From the human T2T-CHM13v2.0 reference genome, Homo sapiens: a stretch of 64,000 nt of DNA. The position numbers and the translations under genes were made by a program. The stretch is from the NCBI RefSeq assembly GCF_009914755.1, contig NC_060926.1; one strand, given 5' to 3'. The notes under the pieces were generated by a model. That model saw only the letters and a list, made by a program, of their open reading frames with translations, was not told where the DNA came from and searched no databases. The stretch's first letter is position 1. The number at the start of each line of letters is the position of its first letter. Positions 25,078-39,830 of the stretch are shown here, in pieces.

Positions 25078-25452
25078 TTTTTTATTGTGGTAAAAATACT
25101 GTACTGTGTACAGTACAGTAGTGTTAACTATATGCACATTGTCATACAACAGATCTCTAGAACTTTTTCATCTTGCATGGCTGAAACTCCATACTTATTA
25201 AACAATTCCCCATTTCCTCCTCCTCCCAGCTACTGACAACCACCATTCTACTTTCTGTTTCTATGAGTTTGATTACTCTACCTCCTACAAGTAGAATCAT
25301 GCAATATTCGTCTTTTTTGTCATTGGCTTATTTGACTCAGCATAATGTCCTCAAAGTTTATCCATGTTAAAGCATATGACAGGTTTTCTTTTTTTTAAGC
25401 TGAATAATATTCCATTGTATGCATATACCACATTTTTGTTCCATTCATCAAT
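25078..25452 (-). mobile_element. L1MA/L1MB 3'UTR fragment
   Basis: caacagatctctagaactttttcatcttgc...ccaccattctactttctgtttctatgagtttga...gctgaataatattccattgtatg. Confidence 0.85.
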
Positions 25453-28049
25453 CGTTTCATCTCTGTCTTCATCAGCCAACTTTCAAGAAATTATTTTAAT
25501 ACATTAGAGGCTTTAGAAATATTAGAGGTTTTCCTTAGCGGCCTGATAATCTTTAGTTTTCCACTCCTGTGTAAAAGTGGGGCTCTAAAAGTTTCTATTG
25601 GAGCTTCTGGGGGCTTCTCTGTAGGGGGAATGTGTCTGACCTGTTTCCTTGGGGAAGCCACCAAATATCAGTGTCTTTGTGTCTTTACTCTTTAGCTACT
25701 CAGAATCCCCAGAGAAGAGTCTTCTGGCTGGAGCCTAGCGGGGAAGCAGGTTGGAGGAGGAGTCTCAGCATTGGTTTCCTGTTCATTCAGTCCTCCTGCT
25801 TTCACCCTGCACGCCCACCCTCACCCTCTGCACTGACGATTCCCTAACCCAAAGACCCAAGATTATACTCTCTCCAGAGGACAAGCCTCTAGTCTTTATG
25901 GAGTGGGGGAGTAGAACAAAGGATATGGGGCTCTAACTGCTTCTTAGACTCTCTGTTTTCCTGTTTATAAGCCCATCTTCATTTGCACTTCCAAAGGTAC
26001 TTAATTAGTCAATTCCTGAGCTATCTGTGGGGAGGAGTCTATGGTATAAATCTGCTTGCCTCTCAGCTTTTCCCATTGCTAGGTTATTTTGGCTGTCTTG
26101 AGTTTGCTAAATTACTTTCTATTCATCCATCTGTTTTCTAGCATCCAAAATTTTGTCACCATTAAGTCCCTTCCCAATTTCTTTGGCTTTGAGAATTTAT
26201 GCACTAAAAAAAAACTTTATTTTTGTTTTAATAGGGCATGGGGAGAGAACAAAAGAAAATGAGTGTAGTTAATCTATCATCTTTATCCAAAAATAAATGA
26301 AGTTATCTTTATTAAATGATACCTAGAATGGTCAGCTTGGAGAACTCAGAGGGAAGCCAGCCTTTGGTCTGTAGGCCCTTTGTTTCTATGTGCACACCTG
26401 GCTGCAACCATGTAGATCTCGTTCTCTTATTCTGCGCCCCTGTGGGTTCACTTGTGCCAGTGAACTCACTTATTAGGCTGTAACAATCTTAGAGGCAGAT
26501 GCCATGTTTATTTTTCTTAGGGAAGATCCAAACAATTCTTTACTCCTATCATGTGTTTGAGGGTTTGTAAATAGAGAATACCAAGGTCTCAGAAAGATCT
26601 GTGCTTGTGGTAATTTGTTCCAATTCAAAATCAAATGTTAGTGGGAAAAACACTTTTCAAGAGATAGAGGCCCTGTCCCAAAAGACACAAATCTTTCTGG
26701 TCTCAGGAGAGAAGTTTAGTTCTGAATTGGCAAAGGAGGCTGAACCTTGTTACAGTTTGTTACCAAAGAAGCAGAAATGGTGATAGAGGCAGCACTACTC
26801 CACTCCAGGTGGCCCCTGTCTTGTAGATTATTAATAGTGTATTCCCTGATACCATTATAAATCCTCTACCTTCCAAAGGCACTAAATCCACTTAATTATC
26901 TTAAAAATTAAAGAATATAGGAATTTTTTCATTATGAAGTGTTAATGGAAAGGAAATAAGAACATTACGTTGAAAATGTAAAATGACCTCTGGTTCACCA
27001 AGACCCATCCTTATTGACCTTGTCTTTTTTTCCCCTAATAGGTTGATTGATCCATGGTTAAATCATACCGGTGTGTAGATCACACTAAGCCCTGCCATAA
27101 ACCCTTGCTGGCACTTGTAGATGAAAGAAAGTTCCAAGCCTTTCAAGAATGACCATTTTCAGCTATTTTGAGAAGTCTGGGTAGTTTTCATCCCCACATT
27201 GCTGGGTTCAAGGGCAGGTTCTGGAGAAAACTATGAAGAGTAACAGGCAGTATGTATCCTGAGCAGACAAGCATAAAAGATTTGGGAATAGCCTTCCATT
27301 GACAAATTCCTTGTTATAGAGACACAGTGCTCCCCATTGCTTCCAGTAAACAGAAAATGAGATTGCATCTTCCAAACCTATAATTACTCTAGCCATAGGA
27401 TATTAACAAAACAAATCAAAGTCAATTTCTCCAAATGTCAGTCTTCAACTTTTCAATATTTATAAGGTGTCATATCCCTAAATCAAAGAGGAGTGCCACA
27501 ATCCAAAATAACTACTGAATTAATAGCCAGAAAATAACATTTGGATAAAAGAACCATTTACTTTACTGCAGCAATAAATGAAAACACAGAATTATGAGTC
27601 CTGGAGCTAATTTGAATAATGTTCAAGAAGTGAGACTCTAGCTGGCTGGAAGCACCTGATATCCTTTGACCATTCCTCTTCTTTGTTTGGGTCTTAACAG
27701 TTAAGTGGTTATCAAAGGGAGTCATAAAACTGCCTCCTCTAAAATTGAAAAGGTAGCTTTACAAAGAGGCCATAAAATGTTAAAATACAATCCTGGATCC
27801 CTTGACACATGAATATTACATTTTGTGATGCTCAGAAAATGGGAAGAAACAACAAAGTGGGTGGTAGTCCAGCCTTGGCAATTCAAAGGAAAATTGACTT
27901 GTTGCTAATTCCAGCCCACTCACTCTCTTAATCCTCTGGACAAAAAGCAGTAGTCAGGAGCCTTACGATTCTGGGATTAATGGAGACAGGAGGTTGAGCT
28001 GTGGTGATGTGGAAGGGACAGCAAAGTTCTTTCTTTTGCCAATATAATT

Positions 28050-28280
28050 ATAGCCCTTATTATGTGCCAGATACTGTTTTAGTGTTATGCTTTGCATATA
28101 CTCACTCATTTGATGTTCACGAGAACCCTAAAAGCTTGGGAATAGTTTTAATTCCATGTTATGATGAGGCAACTGAAATAAATAATGAATAAGTTGGTCA
28201 AATTTGCAGTGTGATTGTCAGAGGCAGATTTGAACCTGGGGAGCTTTGTGCTAGAGACTGGCTCCTAACCATCACACTGC
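28050..28280 (-). mobile_element. MIR SINE
   Basis: tatgtgccagatactgtttt...gatgaggcaactga...gcagatttgaacctggg. Confidence 0.65.
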
Positions 28281-28676
28281 CTCTCAAAATGGGCCTATGC
28301 CAAGCGAGAGTCCCCCTTTCTGTATTATGCAAACTAACTTGGGTGCACCATGACTGGAGTTTGGGATTTATATCCAGATGACTAGCTTTTCAATCCGTTT
28401 TTTATTATAAGCAACCTGGACCTATGTGAGGGACAATGTTTTTGTCTTTACCTATATAAAACTCCTTGGGAAAGTCTCCAAATTCAGAGCTGACTTTGGA
28501 ATGAACCCAAATTGTTACTTTGTGTTGATTGTAGCTAACCCAGAATCAACTCGAATACTCCCAAGACCATGCTGAAAAAATAACTTGTCTTCTCGGGGAG
28601 CAAACAATGAGGAGGTGACAAACGAGGAGATAAATAGTATTAGCAGAACAGCGATGTTATGAAAAAGTAAGTTTTT

Positions 28677-28787
28677 GCTTGATCACAGGAGTTTGAGGCT
28701 GCAATACACTATGATCGCGCCTGTGAATAGGCACTGCATACACTCCAGCCTGGGTAACATAGCGAAACCCCATCTCTTAAAAAAAAG
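28677..28787 (+). mobile_element. FAM/FLAM-type 7SL-derived Alu monomer, 5'-truncated
   Basis: tatgatcgcgcctgtgaataggcactgca...ctccagcctgggtaacatagcgaaaccccatctct plus A tail. Confidence 0.8.
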
Positions 28788-28879
28788 TAGGATTTAAATT
28801 CTCCTGGCAATTGTTTTCTCTTGATGCCATTCATTAAATTTGCCTTGTAGTTGCCTAGAACACTCTTCATGACAGATAT

Positions 28880-29065
28880 GGGCTCTCATCCTACCTTTAA
28901 CACTTACTTGGCTGAGTGGCAGTGGGCAAGAAACTAAAGTAAGCCTCAGATTGAGCATTCTTTGTATAAACAATCACAAAATTGTGTTGCATGGCTGTTG
29001 TGAGGAGTGAATGAAATAATGCACACAAGAGCCTAGCACAGTGCTTGGAAATAGGAAATAGTAAG
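28880..29065 (+). mobile_element. MIR SINE
   Basis: gttgtgaggagtgaatgaaataatgcacacaagagcctagcacagtgcttggaaatagga. Confidence 0.65.
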
Positions 29066-30000
29066 TAACGGTGCCTGGCATGATGGCGCTTGATGTTGGT
29101 GTGTTGTTGTTATGCTCATTACGATTTTTATACTGATAGCAGCCCCATAGAAGGATAGGGTGAGTGGAGAAGATTTTGGTAACTAGACTCTGAAGAGTCA
29201 AGCTCTGTCCTCTGCCCCAGGAGACCGCCCAGTTTAATCCATTTTAATTCAGTACATATGTATTGTGCATCTAACTGTACGCCAGGCACTGGCATATGCT
29301 GTAGTTATGTTTGTAAAATTAGTGTGGTCCCTGTGCTCGCAGCCTGTCAGAGGATACAGAGAAGCAAACGGGCAATTACAGAACAGTATGGGTTAAGAGC
29401 TGCGATGGGGGAAACACGGGGCACCACAGGAACCCCCGGGAGAGTTTAGTGAAATACATTCGGCTTCACGTTCCTGCCTTAATTCCAAACTGTCATTAAA
29501 CCTCAGCTTTATAAAGTATATTTAGTAATTTAAACAGTTAAAAATAGTTACTATGATAAAAAAATGTTTAAAGGTCATAGAGAATGTATCAAAACCTAAG
29601 AAAAGCCGTGGACTCCATTCCTGAGATGCTCATGGCCTACCCAAGAAGAAAGAAAAAACAATGATTCGTGGAAAAAAAAAAACCCAAAAAACCAGAAGCA
29701 TAAAGTTCAGAGGCAACAACAGGAGTGAGCGTATGAGATGCAAAGAAGCACAATGGAGGAGGATCATCTAATGTGGGCATTGGAGGGTGAATACAAGTTC
29801 ACCAGGAGAATAAGGAAACATGGCGGAGAACAGCACTACAGAGTAGAGTTCCAATCTCCCCTGAAGATGGTGCAATACCAGGAGGCACAGACAGGGCCCC
29901 ATTGTTAACAAAAAAACAGTGCTTGTTCACAGAGATCCAAGACTTCCTCTAATAGGCTTGGACCCCTTGGCTGCCTAAACAACTGTAAAACTTGAGTTCA

Positions 30001-30810
<810 letters not shown>

Positions 30811-31228
30811 GGAGGAGGAAGAAGAATTTCCCCCTTTCACAGAGATACAGGAATGAGGAAAGAGAGGGAAGGAGACAGCCCCTGGGAGCATGGCTGCTGA
30901 TCCTTGTGCATTTACCTAGAAAGTGGATCCACCTAGCAAAGGACCCCCATGGAGGCAAAGGACTCCCATGTTGGAGCTCCCATAAGCTAAGTGACAGTTG
31001 AATCAGAATCCATGGACTGTCCCATGTTTAAGTTGAAACCTCTCATTATTTGCACTCAAGAGTTCACCAGCTCTTCCTCCCATGGAAGAGTGGTAAGGAC
31101 TTTAGCTCATTAGCATCCAGCACCTCAACCACTGACCACCCAATGGAAATGACACCTGTTTGGGTAATGCACCCTTGCTTAGTCACCAAACACACAATAC
31201 CTAAAGACACTAATAAAGCCAAGAAAGA

Positions 31229-31558
31229 GGCTGGGTGCGGTGGCTCACACCTGTAATCCCAGCACTTTGGGAGGCCGAGGTGGGTGGATCACTTGAGGTC
31301 GGGAGTTTGAGACCAGCCTGACAAACATGGAGAAACCCTGTCTCTACTAAAAATACAAAAATTAGCTGGGCATGATGGCACGTGCCTGTAATCCCAGGTA
31401 CTCTGGAGACTGAGGCAGGAGAATCGCTTTAACCCAGAAGGCAGAGGTTGCGGTGAGCCAAGATCACGCCATTGCACTCCAGCCCAGGCAACAAGAGTGA
31501 AACTCTGCCTCAAAATAAAATAAAAATAAATAAATAAATAAAATAAAATAAAATAAAT
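31229..31558 (+). mobile_element. AluSp-like with (AAATA)n tail
   Basis: ggtcgggagtt...cctgacaaacatggagaaaccc and ggcaacaagagtg diagnostics. Confidence 0.9.
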
Positions 31559-31567
31559 CACATTATT

Positions 31568-31890
<323 letters not shown>

Positions 31891-34689
31891 GCCAAGAGAG
31901 AGGGGCAGGGTTCTGGATACCTACAACCTACAGGAATGCTGGGAGGGTGGGAGTGGAAGGTGGAGAAGGCTTCTACACCTGAACTAGGTTGGGAAGCTGA
32001 AATGAAGCAGCTTAAAACTTCCTGAGAGCCAAGGCAGTGGTTAACGATGTCCATCATTAATATGTTGTGTAATTATTGTTGAAAGTCTGATGGACAAGGA
32101 TAGGAATTACGTCTGTCTTGTTTACTGTTGTGTCCTAAATGCTCATTGCAGTCTTCACCACTGTAGGCAGTAACTGGCACATGGGAGAAACTCATTAAAT
32201 ATTTATCAGATGAATGAGTGAAGGCTTGATAATCCTGCTGGAAGTCATCTTACTAGTTTTTCCCAAACCATGCCACAATATCCCCTGGTGAATTTGAGTT
32301 GTGTGAACTTTTTGCCAACCACCCTGGTGATTACCTCACACTTAGATACACGTGCACATGGAAATCCAAGATCAGGTAATATAGGTGAGTCAAGTTGCCT
32401 TCTAAGTTTGTGTGAATCCGGTGCTCCATTTTTTTATACATCAGTGGGGCAGTTTTTAGTAGAAGACACATAGAGGAGTCCCTAACCCTGTGACCCCAAT
32501 CTTCAAGTTCCAATCTGAGCTCACCAGCTGGGTGACTCTGAGGTTAGCCTGCTTCATCCCTCCAAGAAGAAGGTAGGTCCTTGCAGGGTGGATGTGTGAG
32601 TGCAGCATGGTGGCTCTGTGAGTTTGTCATGAATTTCCTGTAGTGTCCTTCTTTCTATGTCTTAGTAGCAGGAAAGTGATGGAAGGAAGGAAGTGCTCTT
32701 GGGGGAGACAAGAGGCAGTTAAGCTTGTGTTGACTACATTACACATTAAGGTTTAGAGACGTAAGATACGAATTCCCCAAAGATGATGCTGCCAGTCCAG
32801 CATGATCTTTCTGGCTCAGAGATTGCTGCCTTTTGTCTTGGTTCTGCCCAGACCTACTATGCTCTCTGTATACTGCTTCTTAACTCACATGCTCGGTTGA
32901 ATCTTAATGGCTTCCTGCCTACATCAACCTCAACCTGCTGCATTGTGGGTCTTTCTTGAGTCCTCACTGACCCTCCCTGCTGCAGCCTCACCAGAGAGAG
33001 GGAGGGCACAACCACTATTCCTTCTTCCATATTCCATGGTGCTTGGTAGCACACAGGCATGAGACAACAATTCAATGACTGTTTCAGTGACTAGGCAGAA
33101 AAAGAAGGAAGATAATGAGAGAACTTGTTCACCAGCAGGAAATGAAGCTCTCTGGAAACATCGGCCTCTAGAGATGGACCAGGGTTTGTAAACTAATAAT
33201 AGAGACCACATGAGTTGGTTTAGCACTTTAGTGTCAAACAGCTAAGCCTAATGAACATCATATTCCCTTGTTTCTGCAGTTTAAAATGTCAAGTTTATCA
33301 AAGCATTGCCAGTAACAATAAGTCAAAGGAACAAGCCAACACTAACATGGAACCAAGCTCTTAACGCACAAAAGACAGCAAGGGGCATCAAGCCTCAAGG
33401 CCTGTGAAATGGTAGAGAACAATGTTAGAGGGCAAAGGGAACTGGAGGCTCAACTTCCTGTTTTTATCGTTTTGTTCAAAATTAACCTGATCTTGCCCTG
33501 CTTGTCCTGGGGTGATGAGTGCCAATGGTCCTGTTACAACGTGCTGCACTCCACCGTGCAGCAAAGCCAGTGAAGGGTGAAACCGGAACCTTGGGATTAG
33601 ACTTAGTAGCTAATGGCAATAGTAGGCTACCTTGAGGATGAAGAGGATGGTGCAAAGCCACTGCCAGAAGAGGGGTTTTATTTGGGTTTTCTATTCATGT
33701 TACTAACCGGATCCCATGCTCTTCCTCAATCTTGTCCTGTACCCCAAGCTCCCATATTTTGGCCTGCTATTTGGAGATAGGAGTGTACTCTGTCACCAGT
33801 GACACATGAGGCTAGTTACCCAATCATCACCTTCCAGTGAGCTGGTCAGAAGAAATGTTTCAAAATTTATGCATTCAATATAAACAATTTCCCATCCTGT
33901 GCATCAAAAAGTATCGTAGAGTCTCTTTGTCACTTCTGAAATGAAGCATCTCTCTGCTGTTGTCTCAACATTCAGTTGAGTGTCTTCTTAAAGAAAAACA
34001 GACTCTAGTTTCCACATATTTTTCACGGTCCCTCTATGCAGCAAGATAAATAAGAATTTATATACTTTTACTTGTAAATCCAGTAAATATTTATATTGGT
34101 TTTTGCCATAAAAGCACATGAAGCATTATGAAAGAGGTTTCTACTCTTAGGGCTGAATAAAGCCATCACTCGCAGTGAGGAAGTAATCTATCAAATGAGG
34201 CAAAGAGGGGTGTGTGTCCTGATTCCTGAGCCACAATTCCCTGTCTTGAATTGTACCTGGATTTACTCTTGGCTGGATGGTGGTGTTCCTGAATACACAC
34301 ACAAGTACATACATGCACACATCTCATGTACACACTTCGTTTTTAATCTGTTCTTTGACTTCTCTCAGATATTTTATTAGTCCATTCTGTCTTCAGTTCT
34401 GTTAGACTGTTATTCCACACAGACAAACATTTGAATTTTGCCTGGACTGTGTTGTTGGTGAAATATGTTAGTATCTGACTTAAGCTGAATATGGTGGACA
34501 GAGCAAAACTACCTTGGAAATGAAATTATATTTGAATAACCCACATACAAAGGTCAGTGAAGATATTCATAAATTTAACAACACTAAGAGCTTTAATTTA
34601 AAAAATTAAGAACTCAACCATGTTTAGACAGGTTGGCTAGTTTTGTTAGTGCTGGGTGGAACACGCATTAGAAACTTTTTTTCATCATG

Positions 34690-34940
34690 GTGCATTTATT
34701 AAGACATATTGTGTATCAAGCATTGTGCTAAGTGCTTTATAGTATTCCATTTAATCCTGCAACAACCCCATGGGTAAGATTCTATTACTAGTCCCAGTTT
34801 AGCCTCCATAGCACAGATGAAGTAACTGAGGTTAAGAAGATAAGCGACTTTCTCAAGGTCACATAACTAGAAAACTGCTGGGACTAGAAATCAATCCCAA
34901 TGAATCTAGCCCTGCCCTCTGTGTTTGTAACCACTACCCT
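34690..34940 (-). mobile_element. MIR SINE
   Basis: cattgtgctaagtgcttta...atttaatcctgcaacaacccca...cagatgaagtaactgagg. Confidence 0.75.
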
Positions 34941-35391
34941 ATATTGCCCACACAATCATTTGAATGCCTCTTAGCTTAGATCCACTGCAGCACAGCATGG
35001 AATTATTGCTTCCAGAGATTTTCTTCCATGCAGCTTTAAAAAACTTATTTATTTTTGTGGTCTTGTGAATCTGTCTCTCATCATTCATAAGTTCCATAAG
35101 GAAAGGATTCAGATTCTCATATGTCAGCAATTATCATAGCCTAGTACTTTTCTCATGGCAAGTAATTAATAAATGTGGGTTGGTGGGATGCCAAGTGCAT
35201 AACCTCCTGAGCCAAACAGATGTGCATTTGAATCTGAGTTTGCTGCGTGCTAAAGCTGTGGCCTTGAGCATCAGTGTCCTATTCTGAGAAGGGAACACAA
35301 TGATAACTATCTTACAGTCATTGAAAAGCTTAAGTGAGACAAAATACTTAGCACAGTGCCAGGTTCATAGGAGGCCCTCAGAAAAAGACAG

Positions 35392-35773
35392 TGTGTTAGT
35401 CTGCAAAATACCACAAATTGGGTGGCTTAGACAACAGAAATTTATTTTCCCACAGTTCTGGAGGCTGGAAGTGCAAAAGCAAGGTATTGGCAGGTTTGGT
35501 TTCTCTTGAGGTCTCTCTCCTTGGCTTGTGGATGGCTGCCTTCTCGCTACGTGCTCACACGGCCTTCTCTCTGTACATGTGCACCTCTGGTGTCTTTTCC
35601 TCTTCTTGTAGGACACTAGTCATTGGATTACAGCTCAACCATATGACTTCATTTAGCCTTAATGACCTCTTTAAAACCCCTATCTCCAAATACAGTCACG
35701 TTCTAAGGTACTAGGGATTAGGGCCTCAACATATGAATTTGGGAGTGGGGAAGAAACAATTTGGTCCATAACA
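35392..35773. mobile_element. MLT1A/A0-type MaLR solo LTR
   Basis: TG...CA termini, 5-bp TSD gacag (35387-35391, 35774-35778), gggtggcttagacaacagaaatttatt...cacagttctggaggctggaagt. Confidence 0.9.
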
Positions 35774-36051
35774 GACAGTTATCATTATTGCAAATGAATT
35801 GAGCACTAAATATCTAGAAATTCAAAATAAATGTTCCATGTCAGACCCAAAAATGGTGGTCCCTTTAAAGTGTCCTGATTACAATTTTAGTTCTTTCTCT
35901 CCTTGGTGCCTTAGAGAACGCAACCTAGAAAGGCTTTTTCTCTTTAGGGAACTGCACCATATTCACTCTTGGAAAGAAATATATTCAATATGGGGTTATC
36001 CAAGATACACTGGAGGAAAACATGATACATCAAGTCCAAGTTAAAGATAAG

Positions 36052-36343
36052 AACTGGGTGTGATGGCTCATGCCTGTAATCCCAACACTTTGGAAGGCCA
36101 AGGAAGGAGATTCACTTGAAGCCAGGAGTTGGAGATGAGCCTAGGCAAGATCCTATCTGTACAGAAAAAAAATTAGCCGGGCACAGTGGTGCACGCCTGC
36201 AGTCCCAGCTACTTGGGAGGCTGAGGTGGGAGGATTGCTTGAGCCCAGGAGTTCAGGGCTGCAGTGAGCTAGGATCACAACACTGCACTGCAGCAGCCTT
36301 GGTAACAGAGTGAGACACTGTCTCTTAAGAAAAAAAAAAAAAA
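36052..36343 (+). mobile_element. AluJ
   Basis: gaggattgcttgagcccaggagttcagggctgcagtgagcta; TSD aaagataag. Confidence 0.9.
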
Positions 36344-38914
36344 AAGATAAGGATCAGAGGACTGTAACCTTGTCAAATGCAATTATCAGGCTGCACAGTC
36401 TGCCAGGGAAGGAGACCCTCTTGTGAAGAGCTGGCAGTGGAGTGCTTCTCCAGTCCAATAATCTTGTTGAGTGCACCCTCCCTTACTATGCCTAGGTTCC
36501 TATCATTATACTCCCTGTATTTAGAGAAAACTATACATGACTATCCTGTTTAGAAAAGGTCCAGGAAAGATTTTCCCTTCTCGGGGAGCCCTAGTATGAC
36601 AATCCCAGTTTGTCTTACCCCATCTAGCTCTACGGAACCCCTGGCCTGCAGCTCTAATCCTCTCTATTGCCCCTGATGAAGTCTTTCTTGGTGCCTCCAA
36701 GCACAGGCAATGTCTGTCACTTCGATCTTCCCTTACATTTTGTCCTTTTCTCTCCTACAGCATTTACCATAGACTGCTCTCCATCGAAGTTGCTGTGCAG
36801 TCAACCACTCACTCAGTTCATTTGACAAATACTTACTGAGGGCTTGCTATGTGTCAGGTACATTGCCAGGTGCTATGCAGGTATCTATGCATCCCACAAG
36901 ACAGGGACTCTCTGAAGGGCCAGACAGAACAGAAACTGTGTTTGCCTCATTTTTGTACCAGCTAGAGAGTCCACCCCTTGGCAGGCTGTCCCTAAATGTT
37001 AGCTAAATTCAATGGACAGATGTGAAAGGGGACTTTCTCTGAGAACACTTTCCTCAGGAGGAAGACAAGGCTAGGAAAGTAAAAGGAGGCAATGTCTTGA
37101 GGTCTGAAGAAAAGCTCCATTTCCAAAGGTCAGTAGAGGTAATGGAGGTTCTGACTTTTAATCCCCGTCCTGAAAAGGGAGGCCCCAGCTAAGAGGAGAG
37201 GTGGCAGAGCCAGCAAGAGGAAAGTGTTAGGGACCAGTCCCAGAGCACAAGCGAAATGATCAAGCAGCTAAATAAATATCAGCTGCTTTTCCTACTCTGA
37301 TGCTTCTGGAATTCGTGGGTAATGTGTTTCTGAATTCGCCTCCTGCTTCTGCATAAACAACAACATGATTTAATGATGTGGATAATAAAGCTGTTGAAAA
37401 TGATTTTTCTTTAGCTCTCTTTTGGGACAAGGAAAGGGAAAGAATCAAAGCTTAATACAGATGCTGATTACAGAAACCAGGGGTGAAACTCAAGTTTTAA
37501 ATAATTGTACTTATTTTCTGTTAAACTCTCATGGTTTTTGTTAGTTATAGGATCACTAATGGTTAGCACCACACAAAGGTTAAATGTGCAAATACTGCTC
37601 TCTTGGTTTCAGCTGTGAAAGAAAAGAGATAAGAACAAGGACATATAAAGAGGGCATGAAACTTGTAAGATGAAGGACAGGAAAGTGAAGGGTGAGAGAA
37701 AGAAATTGGGTCATCAAGTGCTCACTGAGCACCAACAGTATGCCTTGAACTGTGCAAGCATTGGATGACAGGGCACAGGGTAGAAATGCCTGCACAACTC
37801 TCAGATAAAAGGGTACAGGGTAGAGATGTCAGGAAAATCAACCTCACTTGGTCTAGGATGGCCAAGAAGTTATAGTTCACTCAGATCCCTTGAAGAGAAA
37901 TTAAAAGGAAGTGAATTAGCATTTTTTAAGTGGCTACCACCTGCAGTTAGTTTCTTGTTGAATTCACACCCTTATAAGGCTTAGAGAGTTAACTAACTTG
38001 CTGGTAAGAATCTGCAATAAGTTATTACTATATTATAACCCTAAAGGGAAAAGGTAGGGAGTGGGGTAGAGTAAGAACTTGGACAGTTTTACAACTCTAA
38101 CACCCAGAAATCAGGAAGGGGTGATTGAATGGGGCTATGGATGAAATTCAAGTTGGAAATGAGAGAATGTGTGAGCAGAAGGCCCTAAAATCTCTGCCAG
38201 CCTTGACTGGGTGAGATAACTTTTGCTTTTTAGGTATCTGTATCACTCAGAAAGAAAGATAAGCTTGCTACCACCTGGGGTCCACCTGGGGGCTTTCCTC
38301 CCCTCCTCTCCTCCTCTGCCCCTGCCCAGCAGTGAAGCCAAGCAAGAAAGGGAATAGTAGGGCTGGAGACTTAAAAGTCAAGACCAAATGGGGACTCCAG
38401 TTCAGGAAACAGAGGGGAGGAGAAAACCTTGAAGCTATAAAACAGAAAAAGTTGGAGGTATTGGGGGAAGGGAATAAAGGGATGTGTGCAAGAGGAAGAG
38501 TTATTAAGTTGGGGGTAGGAGGATAAGAGACATGCTCTAGTGACCTTGCAGGGTGCCCCTGAAGTCTGTCTGTGATAATCTGCCTGGGGGAGAGTGTGCC
38601 AACCAGTTGGACCTCTCTGATTGTTTCATGCTTTTTTTTTTTTTACTATATGACTTTAGAGAGATCAACATGAATCTAAAGTATGTTCAGACTTCTTTCT
38701 GATTCCTTTTGCTTGTTTGCTCTGTGGAGGGCAGGAAGAGAAAGGACATCTCGCACCTGCCTGAATCACTGAGTGCTGAGATACCACCAGCCATGAGGTG
38801 TAGGAGGTCAAGGGTCCAGTTCACCTTATTCAATCACTATCTATCAGGTGGTTTTCTCTACTGAGTCTCTTAATGAGGATAATTTCTGAAAGGGATGCTT
38901 TCGTGCTCAATGGC

Positions 38915-39340
38915 TGTGATGAATGGTATTATTTCCAGTATCCACTTTCCTACATGTGAGAGGATTCTACATAAGCATGCATTGCCATGTGACCCAGGGC
39001 CTCCCTAGCAATGATGATGTTTACCTGTCCAGTGACTTCAAGCTTGGCCGTGACTTGCTTTGGCCAATAGAATGTGAGTGGGTTGATATATGCTCTCTCA
39101 CACGCACATGCACGGAGCAGAAACCATAGGTTTATCATACGGTTTTGCTAGCTCTCTTGTTTTATTCCTTCTGCCATAAGAATGGCATGTTTCAGATGGG
39201 GCTTCTACTTCAGCCTGAATCCTGGATGAAGGAGCAACAGAGCCACAGCCAACCCATCGCTCAAATATAGTGAGAGCTAGAAACAAACCTTTGCAGTGCT
39301 TCTTTCCGCAACATGACCTAGTGAAAGTTGCTATCATAAC
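38915..39340. mobile_element. MLT1I/J-type LTR
   Basis: gcttggccgtgacttgctttggccaatagaatgtgagtgg...gaaacaaacctttg. Confidence 0.7.
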
Positions 39341-39671
39341 AATTTTCTCTGTATGCCCTCCTCATTTTATATTGCCCCAGCATTTTTAGGTCCAGTGTTT
39401 GTAATAAAGGATATTCATTCCTTTTCACAAATACCTTTCCTTCTTATCCCAAGCTATAGAAGACCATGTCACAAAAAATCATGGCATGAAAGAGAGAGAA
39501 ACTGGTATATTGAAAAAGAAGGAGAAACTGAGTATATCTCAGGTCTTTGGGAGAGTTAGCATTTTGGGTATAAAACACAGTGGCCAGAACTCTTACCAGG
39601 GCATATTTGTTCCAAACACATCTAAAATGGCCTCCTATTCCCCTAGACAGAAGCATCAGCTTCCACCCTAA

Positions 39672-39830
39672 ATCAGTGGCTCTGCTACTCAGCCCTGTTT
39701 TAGATTCACCTAGAGAAAGCATCAACTCAGATTTCCAGGCCCCACGTTGAGAGTCTGATTCAGTAAGTCTAGGACGGGACCTAGAATCCTTATTTCTTAA
39801 ACATTCCCCAGGTGATGCCAGTGAGATGCC
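39672..39830. mobile_element. MER5A (hAT-Charlie)
   Basis: ccaggccccac...gagagtctgattcagtaagtctaggacgggacctagaatc...aaacattccccaggtgat. Confidence 0.75.

Larger units (their letters stand above)
23730..26290 (-). mobile_element. Second ancient L1M/HAL1-like element, interrupted by younger L1 insertions
   Basis: ctaggttggaaatcattccattagaatgttaaaggcattgctc...ttttgagaagtcagaagc; same block order as 9300-10870. Confidence 0.6.
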
